From an uncultured Gemmatimonadales bacterium (GTDB lineage: Bacteria; Gemmatimonadota; Gemmatimonadetes; Longimicrobiales; RSA9): 64,000 bases of DNA. The stretch lies in NCBI GenBank assembly GCA_963783305.1, contig CAWAMW010000002.1, positions 891,209 through 955,208 of the forward strand, written 5' to 3'. Both the position numbers and the translations under genes were made by a program. The notes beneath the pieces were generated by a model. The model ran no database searches. It saw only the letters and a list, made by a program, of their open reading frames with translations, and was not told the origin of the DNA. Below are positions 19,792 to 30,186 of this stretch, one piece after another. Every line of letters starts with the position of its first letter. The stretch's first letter is position 1.

Positions 19792-21601
19792 AGAGCTCGG
19801 CGTAGGTTCCGTCCAGGGCCAGCAGCTCTTCGTGCGACCCTTCCTCCACCACCGAGCCCCCGCCCAGCACGAGGATGCGATCGGCCATGCGCACCGTGGA
19901 GAAGCGATGGCTGATGAGCACGGCCATCCGGCCGGCGGTGAGCTCACTGAACCGCTCGAAGACCTGGTATTCCGCCCGTGCATCCAGGGCGGCGGTGGGC
20001 TCGTCCAGGATCAGGACCTGGGCGTCGCGCATGTAGGCCCGGCCCAGGGCCACCTTCTGCCACTCACCGCCGGACAGGTTGGCGCCCCCCTCGAACCGGC
20101 GACCGAGCATGTGGTCGTACCCCTGCTCCAGCCCGGCGACCACGTCCTCCGCAAGGCTCTTCCGCGCGGCCTCACGGATCCGGGCGTCGTTCGACCGCGC
20201 TTCGATCCGGCCTACCGCGATGTTGTCGCGCGCCGCCATGTCGTAGCGGACGAAGTCCTGGAAGATGACGCCGATGGCCTGCCGGAGCTGATCGACGTCG
20301 TACTCCCGGAGGTCGATGCCGTCGAGGAGGATGCGGCCCTCGGACGGGTCGTACAGGCGGGCGAGGAGCTTGACCAGCGTGGTCTTGCCCGCGCCGTTCT
20401 CCCCCACCAGCGCCAGCCGCTCACCCGGCCGCAGCGCGAAGCTGAGGTGGCGGAGCGCCCACCGCTCGGTGTCCGGGTAGCGGAAGCCCACGTCCTCGAA
20501 GACGAACCCTTCCAGGATGGTGGCGGGCACCGGCCGCGGGTCGGCCGCGGAGGCCACCCGGGGCTTCATGTCCAGGAAGGTGAAGAGATCGCCGATGAAG
20601 AGGCTCTGCTCGAAGACGTCGGCCGAGCCCAGGAGGATGCTCTGGATCAGGTCCCGGCTCCGCTGGAAGCTTCCCGCCAGGAACGTGAGGGAGCCGACGG
20701 TGAGCGCCCCGGCGACGGTCTGCCAGATCATGTAGCCGTAGGCGCCGTAGTAGACGGTGGTGCTGATGGCGACCAGGGCGGCTCCCACGGCGGCTCGCCG
20801 GATGGCCAGGCGACGATTGGCGCGGTAGTACTCGTCCGCCAGGCCGGCGTAGCGGGTGATCAGGTGGTCGCTCAGGCCGAAGAGCTTGACCTCCTTCGCC
20901 GTGGCATCGCTGGACGCCACGTAGCGGAGGTAGTCGAGCTCCCGGCGCTCGGGGGTCCAGCGGTAGAGGAGGGAGTAGCTGAGCCCGGCGAAGTGGGTCT
21001 CGCCGAGGAAGCTCGGGAGCACGGCCAGCCCCAGCAGCAGCAGGAGCCACGGGTTGAAGGCGAGCAGCGCGGCCATGAGCGAGGCGAGGGTGAGCGCGCT
21101 CTGGCCCATCCCGAGCAGGAGCGAGATGAGGGCGAGCCGACCGACGGTCTGTCGCCGGGCCCGCTCCAGGTGGTCGTAGAACTCCGGGTCCTCGAAGTGC
21201 TCCAGGTCGAGCGTGGCGGCGTGCTCCATCAGCCTCACGCTCATGCGGTTGCTGAAAAGGTCGCCGAGCAGCGACTCCACGAGCGCCGACGCCCGCTGCA
21301 TGAGGTCGAGGACGAGCGCCAGGGCCAGCTCGAGAGCCACCAGCCGCGCCAGCCGACCCCAGTCCGCGTCCGCCGCACCGAGGTTCGCCACCACCGTATC
21401 GATGATGAGCTTCCCCACCCACAGCAGCGCCACGGGACCGAGCGCACGCAGGAAGCGCAGCGCCACCACGCTCGCCGTGGCCCGCGGGTGCACCTCCCAG
21501 ACCAGCTTCAGGAAGGGCGGGAGCAGCCGCAGCGATCGCAGTCGCTCCCGGAGGGGCGGCCGCTCATCGGTGTCGTAGCGGGATCGGCGTCGACGAGACA
21601 T
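19763..21601 (-). CDS. ABC exporter, fused permease/ATP-binding protein
   Basis: TM domain, GENGAGKTT, LSGGEWQK, LILDEPT, ISHRFS. Confidence 0.93.
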   Translation of the reverse strand: MSRRRRSRYDTDERPPLRERLRSLRLLPPFLKLVWEVHPRATASVVALRFLRALGPVALLWVGKLIIDTVVANLGAADADWGRLARLVALELALALVLDLMQRASALVESLLGDLFSNRMSVRLMEHAATLDLEHFEDPEFYDHLERARRQTVGRLALISLLLGMGQSALTLASLMAALLAFNPWLLLLLGLAVLPSFLGETHFAGLSYSLLYRWTPERRELDYLRYVASSDATAKEVKLFGLSDHLITRYAGLADEYYRANRRLAIRRAAVGAALVAISTTVYYGAYGYMIWQTVAGALTVGSLTFLAGSFQRSRDLIQSILLGSADVFEQSLFIGDLFTFLDMKPRVASAADPRPVPATILEGFVFEDVGFRYPDTERWALRHLSFALRPGERLALVGENGAGKTTLVKLLARLYDPSEGRILLDGIDLREYDVDQLRQAIGVIFQDFVRYDMAARDNIAVGRIEARSNDARIREAARKSLAEDVVAGLEQGYDHMLGRRFEGGANLSGGEWQKVALGRAYMRDAQVLILDEPTAALDARAEYQVFERFSELTAGRMAVLISHRFSTVRMADRILVLGGGSVVEEGSHEELLALDGTYAELFTLQAAGYR

Positions 21602-21657
21602 CCGGTAGAAGACCCCGCCCCGGTCCCGCGGTTCCTGGCGCGGCTCGGGGGGCGCGG

Positions 21658-23049
21658 CTATCCGCGCCCGGCGGCCGCCCTCTCGGCGGCGCGCATGACC
21701 GCGAGCACCCGCTCATCGGCGCCCGGCGCGGCCACGACCTGCACGGCGATCGGGGTGCCCTCCGGGTGCCGGGCGACGGGAACCACGCCGGCGGGCGCGC
21801 CCGCCAGGTTCCAGAGCGCCGCGAAGGGTGCGTAGCGCGAGTTCGATCGGACGTTCCCGAGCCAGGTGGCGCGGGCCCAGCGGCGGGCCCGGATGGGCGG
21901 CCGGGCCAGGGCGGGGGTGATGAGCGCGTCGCAGCCGCCGAAGAAGGAGTCGACGCCGCGGCGCCAGCGGTCGCGGAGCCCGTCCCGCGGCCCACCGAGG
22001 CGGTGCACCAGGCGGCCGAGGCGGATGTGTGCGCGGCTCCTGCGCTGGAGGCGGCCCCAGTCGAGGTCGTCGCCGAGCGCGTCCACGACCTCCGCCACAC
22101 CGCCGAGCCAGCGGGCGAAGACGGGAAGCCCGTACAGGAGAGAGTACGGGGGGTGGTCCTCCACCACGTGATGGCCGGCCCGTCGCAGCCCGTCGCCCAG
22201 ATCGTGCACCGCGGCAGACCAGCGCGCGTCCACCGTGACCCCGGGCAGCGGAGATCGCGTGGAGAGCGCGATGAGGAGAGGCCGGTCGAGGGCGGCGCCG
22301 GCCAGGGCGCTCCGCCCCGACAGGACCGCCATCGCGAGCGCGACATCGGAGACGGTAGAGGCGAGCGGCCCGATGGTGGCCATTCCGTGCCAGTCGCCGC
22401 CGCGGAGCGAGCCCGGCACAACCCCGGTCCCGGGCCTGAACCCGGGAACGCCACACGCGGCGCCGGGGATCCGGATCGAGCCGAGGCCGTCGGTGCCGAC
22501 GGCCAGCGGCACCATCCCGGCGGCCACCGCGGCGGCGCTCCCACCGGACGATCCCCCGGCCGTACGCTCCGGGTCGTGCGGGTTCCGCGTCACGCCCGCG
22601 GGGCCATCGGTGGTAGCCCAGATCCCGAGCTCCGGGAGCGTGGTCTTGCCGACCACGATGGCCCCGGCGGCGCGCAGCCGCCGCACCACTTCGGCGTCCG
22701 CGGTCGCCGGGACCGGACGCAGAGCCCCGGAGCCCAGGAGCGTGGGCAGCCCTTCCACGTCGATGATGTCCTTGATCGCCACCGGCACACCGGCCAGCGG
22801 AAGCCGGCGCGACGCCGGGTCGTCCCGCAGGGCGGCGGCCTCGGCGCGCGCCGCCTCCGCCCGCAGGCCGCTGAAGGCGCAGATCGAGCCGTCGCGCTCC
22901 GCGATCCGCTGGAGGCAGCCGTCCAGCACGTTCACGGGATCGAGAGAGCCGTCACGCACACCTCGCGCGATGGCGGACGCGGTGAGGGCCCCAGCGGGAT
23001 CCGGCGAACGGGGACCGGTCGGTACGGGCGGGGCAGGGGGAGTGGTCAT
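21658..23049 (-). CDS. Amidase signature family protein
   Basis: GVPVAIKD, TAGGSSGGSAAAVAAG, GTDGLGSIRIP. Confidence 0.92.
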   Translation of the reverse strand: MTTPPAPPVPTGPRSPDPAGALTASAIARGVRDGSLDPVNVLDGCLQRIAERDGSICAFSGLRAEAARAEAAALRDDPASRRLPLAGVPVAIKDIIDVEGLPTLLGSGALRPVPATADAEVVRRLRAAGAIVVGKTTLPELGIWATTDGPAGVTRNPHDPERTAGGSSGGSAAAVAAGMVPLAVGTDGLGSIRIPGAACGVPGFRPGTGVVPGSLRGGDWHGMATIGPLASTVSDVALAMAVLSGRSALAGAALDRPLLIALSTRSPLPGVTVDARWSAAVHDLGDGLRRAGHHVVEDHPPYSLLYGLPVFARWLGGVAEVVDALGDDLDWGRLQRRSRAHIRLGRLVHRLGGPRDGLRDRWRRGVDSFFGGCDALITPALARPPIRARRWARATWLGNVRSNSRYAPFAALWNLAGAPAGVVPVARHPEGTPIAVQVVAAPGADERVLAVMRAAERAAAGRG

Positions 23050-23155
23050 CAGTGCAGGGTAGCCATACGGGCTCGCTTCTCCTAACATTTCGGGTTCCGC
23101 CGAATACGATGCCGAACAAAGCATGCCGGGAATACATGTTGCCCGAAGGAGAGGC

Positions 23156-24325
23156 ATGAGCACGAGAGACGCTGTGAGGGGATATGCACCCACGGGGAAG
23201 GACACCGGGGTCGTGAAGTCGAAGGGCACGGCCCGGATCCCCATCGAGGACGGGGCCCCCATCGACATGAAGGAGCGGAAGCCGAAATGGCTGAAGGTCC
23301 GCTCCCCCGGGGGCGAGAACTACCGCCGGCTCAAGAAGCTGATGCGGCAGCAGAGCCTCCACTCCGTATGCGAGGAGGCCGGGTGCCCGAACATCGGCGA
23401 ATGCTGGCAGGCCGGGACCGCCACGTTCCTGATCCTCGGGGACGTCTGCACGCGGGCGTGCAAATACTGCGCGATCGCCCACGGCATGCCCACCGAGCTG
23501 GACTGGGACGAGCCCCGGCGAGTGGCGGAGGCGTGCGCGGAGCTCGAGCTCAACCACGTGGTGGTCACCAGTGTCAATCGGGACGAGCTCGACGACGGCG
23601 GCGCCGGCATCTTCGCCGAGACGATCCGGCTCACCCGCGAGGCACGACCCGGCTGCACGATCGAGGTGCTGACCCCCGACTTCAAGGGAGACGAGGAGGC
23701 CATCGCCACCGTGTCCCGCGCCCGCCCGGACATCTACGCCCACAACCTGGAGACCGTGGAGCGGCTGCACCCGTCCGCCCGCCCCGGTGGCCGGTACTGG
23801 CGCAGCATCTCCTTCCTCGGGTACGCCAAGAAGATCGACCCGAACATGCTGACGAAGTCCGGCATCATGGTGGGGCTGGGCGAGACGCAGGACGAGATCC
23901 GGCAGGCCATGGTCGACCTGCGGAAGGCCGCGGTGGACATCGTCACGATCGGGCAGTACCTCCGACCGTCGGAGCACCACGCCCCCGTCGCCCGCTGGGT
24001 GACGCCCGAGGAGTTCCGCGAGTGGAAGCGGATCGGCGAGGAGGAGCTGGGATTCTCGCACGTGGAGTCGGGCGCTCTGGTCCGCTCCAGCTATCACGCC
24101 GAGACGCAGGCACGCACGGTCGGAGCCGGAGGGGTCGGTGAGATCACCGAGGTCCTCGACAAGGATGAGCGGGCGCCGGGGGAGCTGACGCCGGAAGAGA
24201 TCGAGGCCCGACGCGAGAAGGTGGCGGTCCAGGGATCGCTGGAGCACGGCGTCGCCGGAACCCACTCCGGAGCGACCGGTGGCGCGAACAGTGCGGGCCT
24301 CGTTCAGATTCAGCCAAAGAGGTAG
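23156..24325 (+). CDS. lipA: Lipoyl synthase
   Basis: CEEAGCPNIGEC and CTRACKYC clusters, RSSY. Confidence 0.96.
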   Translation: MSTRDAVRGYAPTGKDTGVVKSKGTARIPIEDGAPIDMKERKPKWLKVRSPGGENYRRLKKLMRQQSLHSVCEEAGCPNIGECWQAGTATFLILGDVCTRACKYCAIAHGMPTELDWDEPRRVAEACAELELNHVVVTSVNRDELDDGGAGIFAETIRLTREARPGCTIEVLTPDFKGDEEAIATVSRARPDIYAHNLETVERLHPSARPGGRYWRSISFLGYAKKIDPNMLTKSGIMVGLGETQDEIRQAMVDLRKAAVDIVTIGQYLRPSEHHAPVARWVTPEEFREWKRIGEEELGFSHVESGALVRSSYHAETQARTVGAGGVGEITEVLDKDERAPGELTPEEIEARREKVAVQGSLEHGVAGTHSGATGGANSAGLVQIQPKR

Positions 24326-24362
24326 CCGCGGACGAATACCCCCTGCACGATTGGGTGGATTG

Positions 24363-25469
24363 ATGGTGGAGAGCACGAAAAAGAAGGCGAAGGCGAAGAA
24401 GCCGGGCGCGGGTGGCGCCTCGAAGGCGGCCGTCGCGAAGCGGCTGGCCTCGTTCGAGAAGGAGGAGCTGCACCGGATGCTCCGCATGATGCTGCTGGGG
24501 CGCCGTTTCGAGGAATCGACCGCGGAGGCCTACGCACTGGGCAAGATCGGCGGGTTCTGCCACCTCTACATCGGCCAGGAAGCGGTGGCGATCGGCGCGC
24601 TGAGCGCTCTCAGGGACGACGATTATGCCATCGCGGCCTACCGTGACCACGTCCAGGCGCTCTCGAAGGGCATGAGCCCGCGGGAGGTGATGGCGGAGCT
24701 GTACGGGCGCGTCGACGGGTGCTCCGGGGGGAAGGGCGGGTCCATGCACCTCTACAGCGCCGAGAAGAACTTCCTCGGCGGCTGGGGCATCGTGGGCGGC
24801 CAGATCCCTCTGGCCACCGGCGTGGGCTGGACCATCAAGTACCGGAAGCAGGACCGCGTCTGCATCTGCTTCTTCGGTGAGGCGGCCGTGAACCAGGGCG
24901 CGTTCCACGAGGCCCTCAACATGGCGGCCCTCTGGCAGCTCCCGGTCATCTTCATCGTGGAGAACAACCGGTTCGGCATGGGCACGGCGTGGGAGCGCGT
25001 GGCCAGCCTTTACGACATCGCGCAGAAGGCGTGCGCCTACGCCATGCCCAGCCTGGCCATCGACGGGATGGACGTCCTCGAGGTCCGGGGACACGTCCAG
25101 GACGCCATCGACCGCGCACGGGAGAACGGGACGCCCACCCTGATCGAGGCGAAGACGTATCGCTTTGTCGGCCACTCCATGTCGGACCCCGTTCACGGCG
25201 TATACCGCACCAAGGACGACGTGGAGAAGGCCAAGGAAACGGACCCGATCAAGCGGTTCATCGATCAGCTCCGGGAGAACGATCTCCTGACCGACGACGA
25301 GCTCGCGGCCATGGACGCGGAGGTCCAGTCGGAGGTGGACGATGCGGAGGAGTTCGCCGACAACTCGCCGGAGCCGCCGGACGAGGCGCTCTACGAGCAC
25401 GTCTACGCCGACATGGACGTCCATGGCCGGCTCTTCTTCGACCGCATGAACCGGCTGGAGGAGGTCTGA
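24363..25469 (+). CDS. pdhA: Pyruvate dehydrogenase E1 alpha
   Basis: IGGFCHLYIGQEA, GKGGSMH, TYRFVGHSMSDP. Confidence 0.95.
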   Translation: MVESTKKKAKAKKPGAGGASKAAVAKRLASFEKEELHRMLRMMLLGRRFEESTAEAYALGKIGGFCHLYIGQEAVAIGALSALRDDDYAIAAYRDHVQALSKGMSPREVMAELYGRVDGCSGGKGGSMHLYSAEKNFLGGWGIVGGQIPLATGVGWTIKYRKQDRVCICFFGEAAVNQGAFHEALNMAALWQLPVIFIVENNRFGMGTAWERVASLYDIAQKACAYAMPSLAIDGMDVLEVRGHVQDAIDRARENGTPTLIEAKTYRFVGHSMSDPVHGVYRTKDDVEKAKETDPIKRFIDQLRENDLLTDDELAAMDAEVQSEVDDAEEFADNSPEPPDEALYEHVYADMDVHGRLFFDRMNRLEEV

Positions 25470-26461
25470 TGGCGGAGATCACGTATCGGGAGGCGCTGAA
25501 CCAGGCGCTGGCCGAAGAGATGGAGCGGGACCCTGACGTCTTCCTCATGGGCGAGGAGGTCGGGCTCTACAACGGCGCGTACAAGGTGTCGAAGGGCCTC
25601 CTCGACCGCTTCGGCCAGGACCGGGTGGTGGACACGCCCATCACGGAGCTGGGCTTCGCCGGGCTCGGTGTGGGGTCCGCCATGACGGGGCTCCGGCCGG
25701 TCATCGAGTTCATGACCTTCAACTTCGCCATGCTGGCGGAGGACCAGGTCCTCAACAGCGCCGCCAAGATGCTGTACATGACGGGTGGCCAGTTCAAGTG
25801 CCCCATCGTGTTCCGTGGCCCCACGGGAGCGGCGCTCCAGCTGAGCGCCCAGCACTCGCAGGCGCTGGAGCCCACCTACGCCAACTTCCCGGGTCTGAAG
25901 ATCGTGATGCCGGGCACGCCGGCGGATGCGAAGGGGCTGCTGAAGGCGTCGATCCGGGATGACGACCCGGTGGCGTTCTTCGAGGGTGAGATGCTGTACG
26001 CGCTCAAGGGCGAGGTCCCCGACGACGAGGACTTCGTGATCCCGCTGGGCGTAGCGGAGGTGAAGAAGGAGGGCGAGGACGTGACGATCGTCACCCACGG
26101 GAAGATGATCCACGTCGCGCTCCAGGCCGCCAGCGAGCTGGCGAAGGATGGCGTGAACGCGGAGGTCCTGGACCTCCGGACGCTCCGGCCTCTGGACGTG
26201 GAGGCCATCGCCGCGTCGGTGAAGAAGACGAACCGCGTAGTCTACCTCGAGGAGGGGTGGGCGTTCGCCGGGATCGCGTCGAGCATCATCGACATCATCC
26301 AGAACGAGCTGTTCGACTGGCTCGACGCACCGGTGGTCCGGGTGAGCCAGGCGGATGTGCCCATGCCGTACGCGAAGCGGCTGGAGAAGCTGGCGAAGCC
26401 GTCGAAGGAGCGGGTGGTGGCGGCGTGCAGGCGGGTGCTCTATCGCAAGGTCGGGGCGTGA
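25469..26461 (+). CDS. pdhB: Pyruvate dehydrogenase E1 beta
   Basis: MAEITYREALNQA, GEEVG, DTPITE, AQHSQ. Confidence 0.95.
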   Translation: MAEITYREALNQALAEEMERDPDVFLMGEEVGLYNGAYKVSKGLLDRFGQDRVVDTPITELGFAGLGVGSAMTGLRPVIEFMTFNFAMLAEDQVLNSAAKMLYMTGGQFKCPIVFRGPTGAALQLSAQHSQALEPTYANFPGLKIVMPGTPADAKGLLKASIRDDDPVAFFEGEMLYALKGEVPDDEDFVIPLGVAEVKKEGEDVTIVTHGKMIHVALQAASELAKDGVNAEVLDLRTLRPLDVEAIAASVKKTNRVVYLEEGWAFAGIASSIIDIIQNELFDWLDAPVVRVSQADVPMPYAKRLEKLAKPSKERVVAACRRVLYRKVGA

Positions 26462-26934
26462 GCCTCGCAGGTCGACCGCTCGCTCGCGCTCGCTCCCGAG
26501 GGTGGAGGCCGGGGTTCACCCTCGTCGAGCTGCTCGTCGTGGTCGCGCTGATCGGGATCCTTGGCGCCATCGCCGTGCCGTCCTACCACAAGATGCTGAG
26601 CCGGGCCCGGGCGGCCCGGATCCTGGGCGACTTCGAAGCGGTCCGCACCGCCGCCTACCAGTACCAGGCGAAAAGCGGCAGGTGGCCACGGGATGTATAC
26701 CCCGGTGAGATTCCGGTGGAGCTGGAGCCGCACATCGGTGCGGTGGCGTTCGCCGGGAAGGGGTACCGGCTGGATTACGAGAACTGGTCGTATCTGATCG
26801 GTATCTCGGTGCTCGTGGACGATCCACGGCTCGAGGCCGCCGTGGCGAAAGCCGCCCTCCAGAACAGCCTCCTCGGCTATCGATCGAACCATCGCTATAC
26901 CCTGCTCATCGAGTCGAAGGTTTCAGGTCGCTGA
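26458..26934 (+). CDS. Type IV pilin/pseudopilin-like protein with class III signal peptide
   Basis: Basic leader ...RGWRPG|FTLVELLVVVALIGILGAIAVPSY (G-1, F+1, E+5); GTG start overlaps the pdhB stop. Confidence 0.8.
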   Translation: MSLAGRPLARARSRGWRPGFTLVELLVVVALIGILGAIAVPSYHKMLSRARAARILGDFEAVRTAAYQYQAKSGRWPRDVYPGEIPVELEPHIGAVAFAGKGYRLDYENWSYLIGISVLVDDPRLEAAVAKAALQNSLLGYRSNHRYTLLIESKVSGR

Positions 26935-26979
26935 GCCCGACCGTCCGATGAGCTACTGAGCGGAGACTACGGAGCACTC

Positions 26980-28383
26980 ATGGCCACAAAAGTACACATG
27001 GAAGCCCTCTCCCCCACCATGGAAGAGGGGCAGATCGTCCGCTGGCTGAAAGGCGTGGGGGACGCGGTGGAAGAGGGGGACGTCCTCGCCGAGATCGAGA
27101 CGGACAAGGCCACGATGGAGCTCGTGGCACGGGGCTCCGGTGTGCTGCGGGAGCAGTTCCTGAAGGAGGGCGACACGGCGGCGGTCGGCAGCGTGATCGG
27201 CGTGGTCGCGGCCGAGGATGAGGACATCTCCGAGCTGATCGAGGACGCGCCGGAGACCGCGGCGCCGGAGGCGGCGCCGGAGGAGGAGGCGCCGCAGGAG
27301 CGGTCGTCGAAGGAGGAGGGCGAGGCGGACGCCGCGGACGATGGCGACACGGCCGAGGCGAGCGCCTCGGAGGCCGCCGAGAGCCCCCGCGACCAGACCC
27401 CCACCCCGGAGGACGCCGACCGCCCCGCGGGGGGCGCGGCGCAGCCGACGGCGGGAACGGAGGCCGGTCGTGTCGACGCCGGTCGGGTGAAGGCATCGCC
27501 CCTCGCCCGGAAGCTGGCGGAGGAGGCGGGGCTGAAGCTGTCCCGCGTCGACGGGTCGGGCCCCGGGGGTCGCATTACCAAGCGCGACATCGAAGCCGCC
27601 ATCGAAGGGGGCGTGGCGGAGGAGCCCGCCGCGGCCGCCGGGCAGGGCGGCGCGGCCGCCGGTCCGCGTTTCGAGCAGCCCACGTACCAGGGCCCGGAGA
27701 TCGAGGAGGTCCCCATCAGCCAGATGCGGAAGACCATCGCGAAGCGCCTGGTCACCAGCATCGGACCCGTGCCCACGTTCTATCTGACCGTGGACGTGGA
27801 CATGACGCGGATGATGGAGGCCCGGGAGCGCATGAACGCCAGCCTCGAGAAGCAGGGGCTCAAGATCTCCGTCAACGACCTCATCCTGAAGGCCACGGCC
27901 ACGGCGCTGAAGCGGCACCCCGAGGTCAACGCGCAGTGGCATGACGACCACATCAAGCGCTTCCACCGCGTCCACCTGGGCGTGGCCGTGGCGGTCGAGG
28001 ACGGCCTCATCACCCCCATCGTTCGCGACGCCGACCTCAAGGGCGCCGCGCAGATCGGCGCCGAGGTCCGGGAGCTCGCCGGCCGGGCCCGGGAGAAGAA
28101 GCTCCAGCCCGACGAGTACACCGGCGCCACCTTCAGCGTGTCGAACCTGGGGATGTTCGGGATCGAGGAGTTCACCGCCATCATCAACCCGCCCGAGGCC
28201 GGGATCCTGGCCGTGGGCACGGTGGAAGAGCGGGTCATCGTGGAGGACGGCGAGGCCATGATCGCGCCGCGCATGAAGATGACCATGAGCTGCGACCACC
28301 GGGTCATCGATGGCGCCAGCGGGGCCCGGTTCCTCCAGACGCTGACAGGGTTCCTGGAGGAGCCGGGGATGACGCTGGTGTGA
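26980..28383 (+). CDS. pdhC: Pyruvate dehydrogenase E2 dihydrolipoamide acetyltransferase
   Basis: Lipoyl domain EIETDKAT, ASPLARKLA, catalytic SCDHRVIDG. Confidence 0.95.
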   Translation: MATKVHMEALSPTMEEGQIVRWLKGVGDAVEEGDVLAEIETDKATMELVARGSGVLREQFLKEGDTAAVGSVIGVVAAEDEDISELIEDAPETAAPEAAPEEEAPQERSSKEEGEADAADDGDTAEASASEAAESPRDQTPTPEDADRPAGGAAQPTAGTEAGRVDAGRVKASPLARKLAEEAGLKLSRVDGSGPGGRITKRDIEAAIEGGVAEEPAAAAGQGGAAAGPRFEQPTYQGPEIEEVPISQMRKTIAKRLVTSIGPVPTFYLTVDVDMTRMMEARERMNASLEKQGLKISVNDLILKATATALKRHPEVNAQWHDDHIKRFHRVHLGVAVAVEDGLITPIVRDADLKGAAQIGAEVRELAGRAREKKLQPDEYTGATFSVSNLGMFGIEEFTAIINPPEAGILAVGTVEERVIVEDGEAMIAPRMKMTMSCDHRVIDGASGARFLQTLTGFLEEPGMTLV

Positions 28384-28419
28384 TGCGGTCGGGGGTGAGC
28401 CGACCCGTCCCGGGGTCGG

Positions 28420-29844
28420 CTACCGGTCCTCCTCCTGCTCCGACCCCTCCCCGGAAGACAGCTCCTCCAGCCGCCTGGCCACGAGGACGGTGCGGTCGTC
28501 CCGTAGCTCGGTGGGGTACTGGGCCCTGAGGACCTGGGACAGGGCCCCCCCCAGCCGGACGACCTCTCGCTCGCCCCGCACCATCTCCCGCAGCAGCTCG
28601 CTGACGGCCTGATCGAGGGCGGCCCCCTGGCCGGTCTCCTCGTCTCCGGCTTCAGGCAGGGCCAGGAGGCCGAGCTGGCGGGTGACCTCCACCAGCCGCT
28701 GCCGGATGCTCGCGGCGGACCGCTCCTTGTCCGCGACCGACGGCTCCAGCCCCTGGCGCCGGGCCTCCCGCTCCAGCAGCTGTTGACGGACCAGCGGACG
28801 GAGCAGGCCTTCCACCAGGCGTTCCGGGTCCGCGCTGGCGATCCGCGACCGCACCTGCGGCGGCTGATCCCGCAGGTGGGCGTCCACGTCACGGAGCGTC
28901 AAAGCGCCACCCTCGAAGCGGACCAGCGTATCGCTCGCGGCGCCCTCGCCCTCCCCGGCCTCCCCGGCCTCCCCGCCCTCCCCGGCAGGCTCCCGCGCGA
29001 GCTGCCGGGCGACCGCCGCGGCGTTCGAGGAATAGTCGGGGCTCGCCCGCTCCTCGAGCGCCTCGATGTACGCGTTGAGCGCCTGCGCGCTCCGCTGCCG
29101 CTGCAGCCGCTGACGGAACTGCTCCCTCGTAGGCGTGCGCCGCTCCTCGAGCTGGATCAGGTGATAGCCGTCGCGGGTCTCCACGGGCTCACTCACCTCA
29201 CCCGGCTCGAGCGCGAACGCCGCCTCTTCGAAGGGCGGCACCATGTCACCGGTGCCGAAAAAACCCATGTCGCCACCACGCGCCGCCGTCCCCGGGTCCT
29301 GGCTGTGTTCGCGGGCCAGCGTCGCGAAGTCCTCCCCGTCTTCCACGATCCGGGCGCGCAGCTCCCGAATCGCTTCCAGTGCGCTGTCGTGCCGCGCCGC
29401 CGGCGCGCCCGGCGCGACATCGATCCGGATCTGCCGGGCTCGGATCTCGGAGCCCTCTGCCACCTGGTCGTAGCGGCGGCGCAGCTCCGCGTCCGGGATC
29501 GCGGCGTCGGCCCGGATGACGGAGTCCCGGAGCGCCGCCAGCATCACCTGCTCCGCCTGCCCTTCGACGACCGGACCGAGCTCCAGCTGGGCGAAGGTGC
29601 TGTCCTCCGCGGCCGCCGTGGCCAGGAGAATGTAGTCCGTCCAGAGGTTGGCCAGGCTCAGCGCGGCCTGCCGCGCTTCCGGCACGCTGTCGGCCGACAT
29701 CATGAGCCCGGCCTCCTCTTCCACAGTGAACTCGTGACCGGCGGCGCTGGCCACGAACGTCGTTTCCGGGTCCGGGTCCCCGCAGCCGGCGACGACGACG
29801 AGCAGCGCGAGCGAGGTCAAGCGGCGGCGTCGCATGATCGACAT
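28420..29844 (-). CDS. Parvulin-type peptidyl-prolyl isomerase lipoprotein (paralog 1)
   Basis: Lipobox VVAG|C, rotamase domain FATLAREHSQDPGTAARGGDMG...MVPPFEEAAFAL...GYHLI. Confidence 0.85.
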   Translation of the reverse strand: MSIMRRRRLTSLALLVVVAGCGDPDPETTFVASAAGHEFTVEEEAGLMMSADSVPEARQAALSLANLWTDYILLATAAAEDSTFAQLELGPVVEGQAEQVMLAALRDSVIRADAAIPDAELRRRYDQVAEGSEIRARQIRIDVAPGAPAARHDSALEAIRELRARIVEDGEDFATLAREHSQDPGTAARGGDMGFFGTGDMVPPFEEAAFALEPGEVSEPVETRDGYHLIQLEERRTPTREQFRQRLQRQRSAQALNAYIEALEERASPDYSSNAAAVARQLAREPAGEGGEAGEAGEGEGAASDTLVRFEGGALTLRDVDAHLRDQPPQVRSRIASADPERLVEGLLRPLVRQQLLEREARRQGLEPSVADKERSAASIRQRLVEVTRQLGLLALPEAGDEETGQGAALDQAVSELLREMVRGEREVVRLGGALSQVLRAQYPTELRDDRTVLVARRLEELSSGEGSEQEEDR

Positions 29845-29979
29845 TGAAAGCTCCTTGCGCGTGTTGAGCGGGCGGTCAGCCAGCGTACACCCCTCCTGGC
29901 CGCATGCCGCGGCCGGTAAGATGAAGCGGGTGGAGGCTGCGGGCAAACGGACGGTTCTTCGCGGTTTCCGGGCGGAACC

Positions 29980-30018
29980 TGTTGCACGCGTCCAACAAGC
30001 GTCGGCGCGGGCTCCACA
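29980..30018. promoter_or_regulatory. Tandem palindromic activator-like sites upstream of PEP-CTERM 1
   Basis: TGTTG-CACGCGTC-CAACA followed by CGTCG-N9-CCACA; the same architecture recurs in other intergenic regions. Confidence 0.6.
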
Positions 30019-30108
30019 CTTCGGTGTTCGGCGAAAATTCATTAATCTCGCTCTAAATCGGTCAGGACGCACCGGCTTATGGCGATCTGCACGGCTGTGG
30101 CTCGGGCA

Positions 30109-30123
30109 CGAACGGGCATTGCA
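30109..30123 (+). promoter_or_regulatory. sigma54-like element with non-canonical -24 box
   Basis: CGAAC-GGGCA-TTGCA, 129 bp from the palindrome start. Confidence 0.45.
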
Positions 30124-30186
30124 TACTACTCCCCCTTGTACACCCGGTTGCATCCGGATACCACCATGAAACAGAAGGGAACCACC

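Noticed and set aside
28950..28990. 9-bp repeats CTCCCCGGC in PPIase 1
   Set aside because: In-frame GEA/GEG linker expansion with no independent significance
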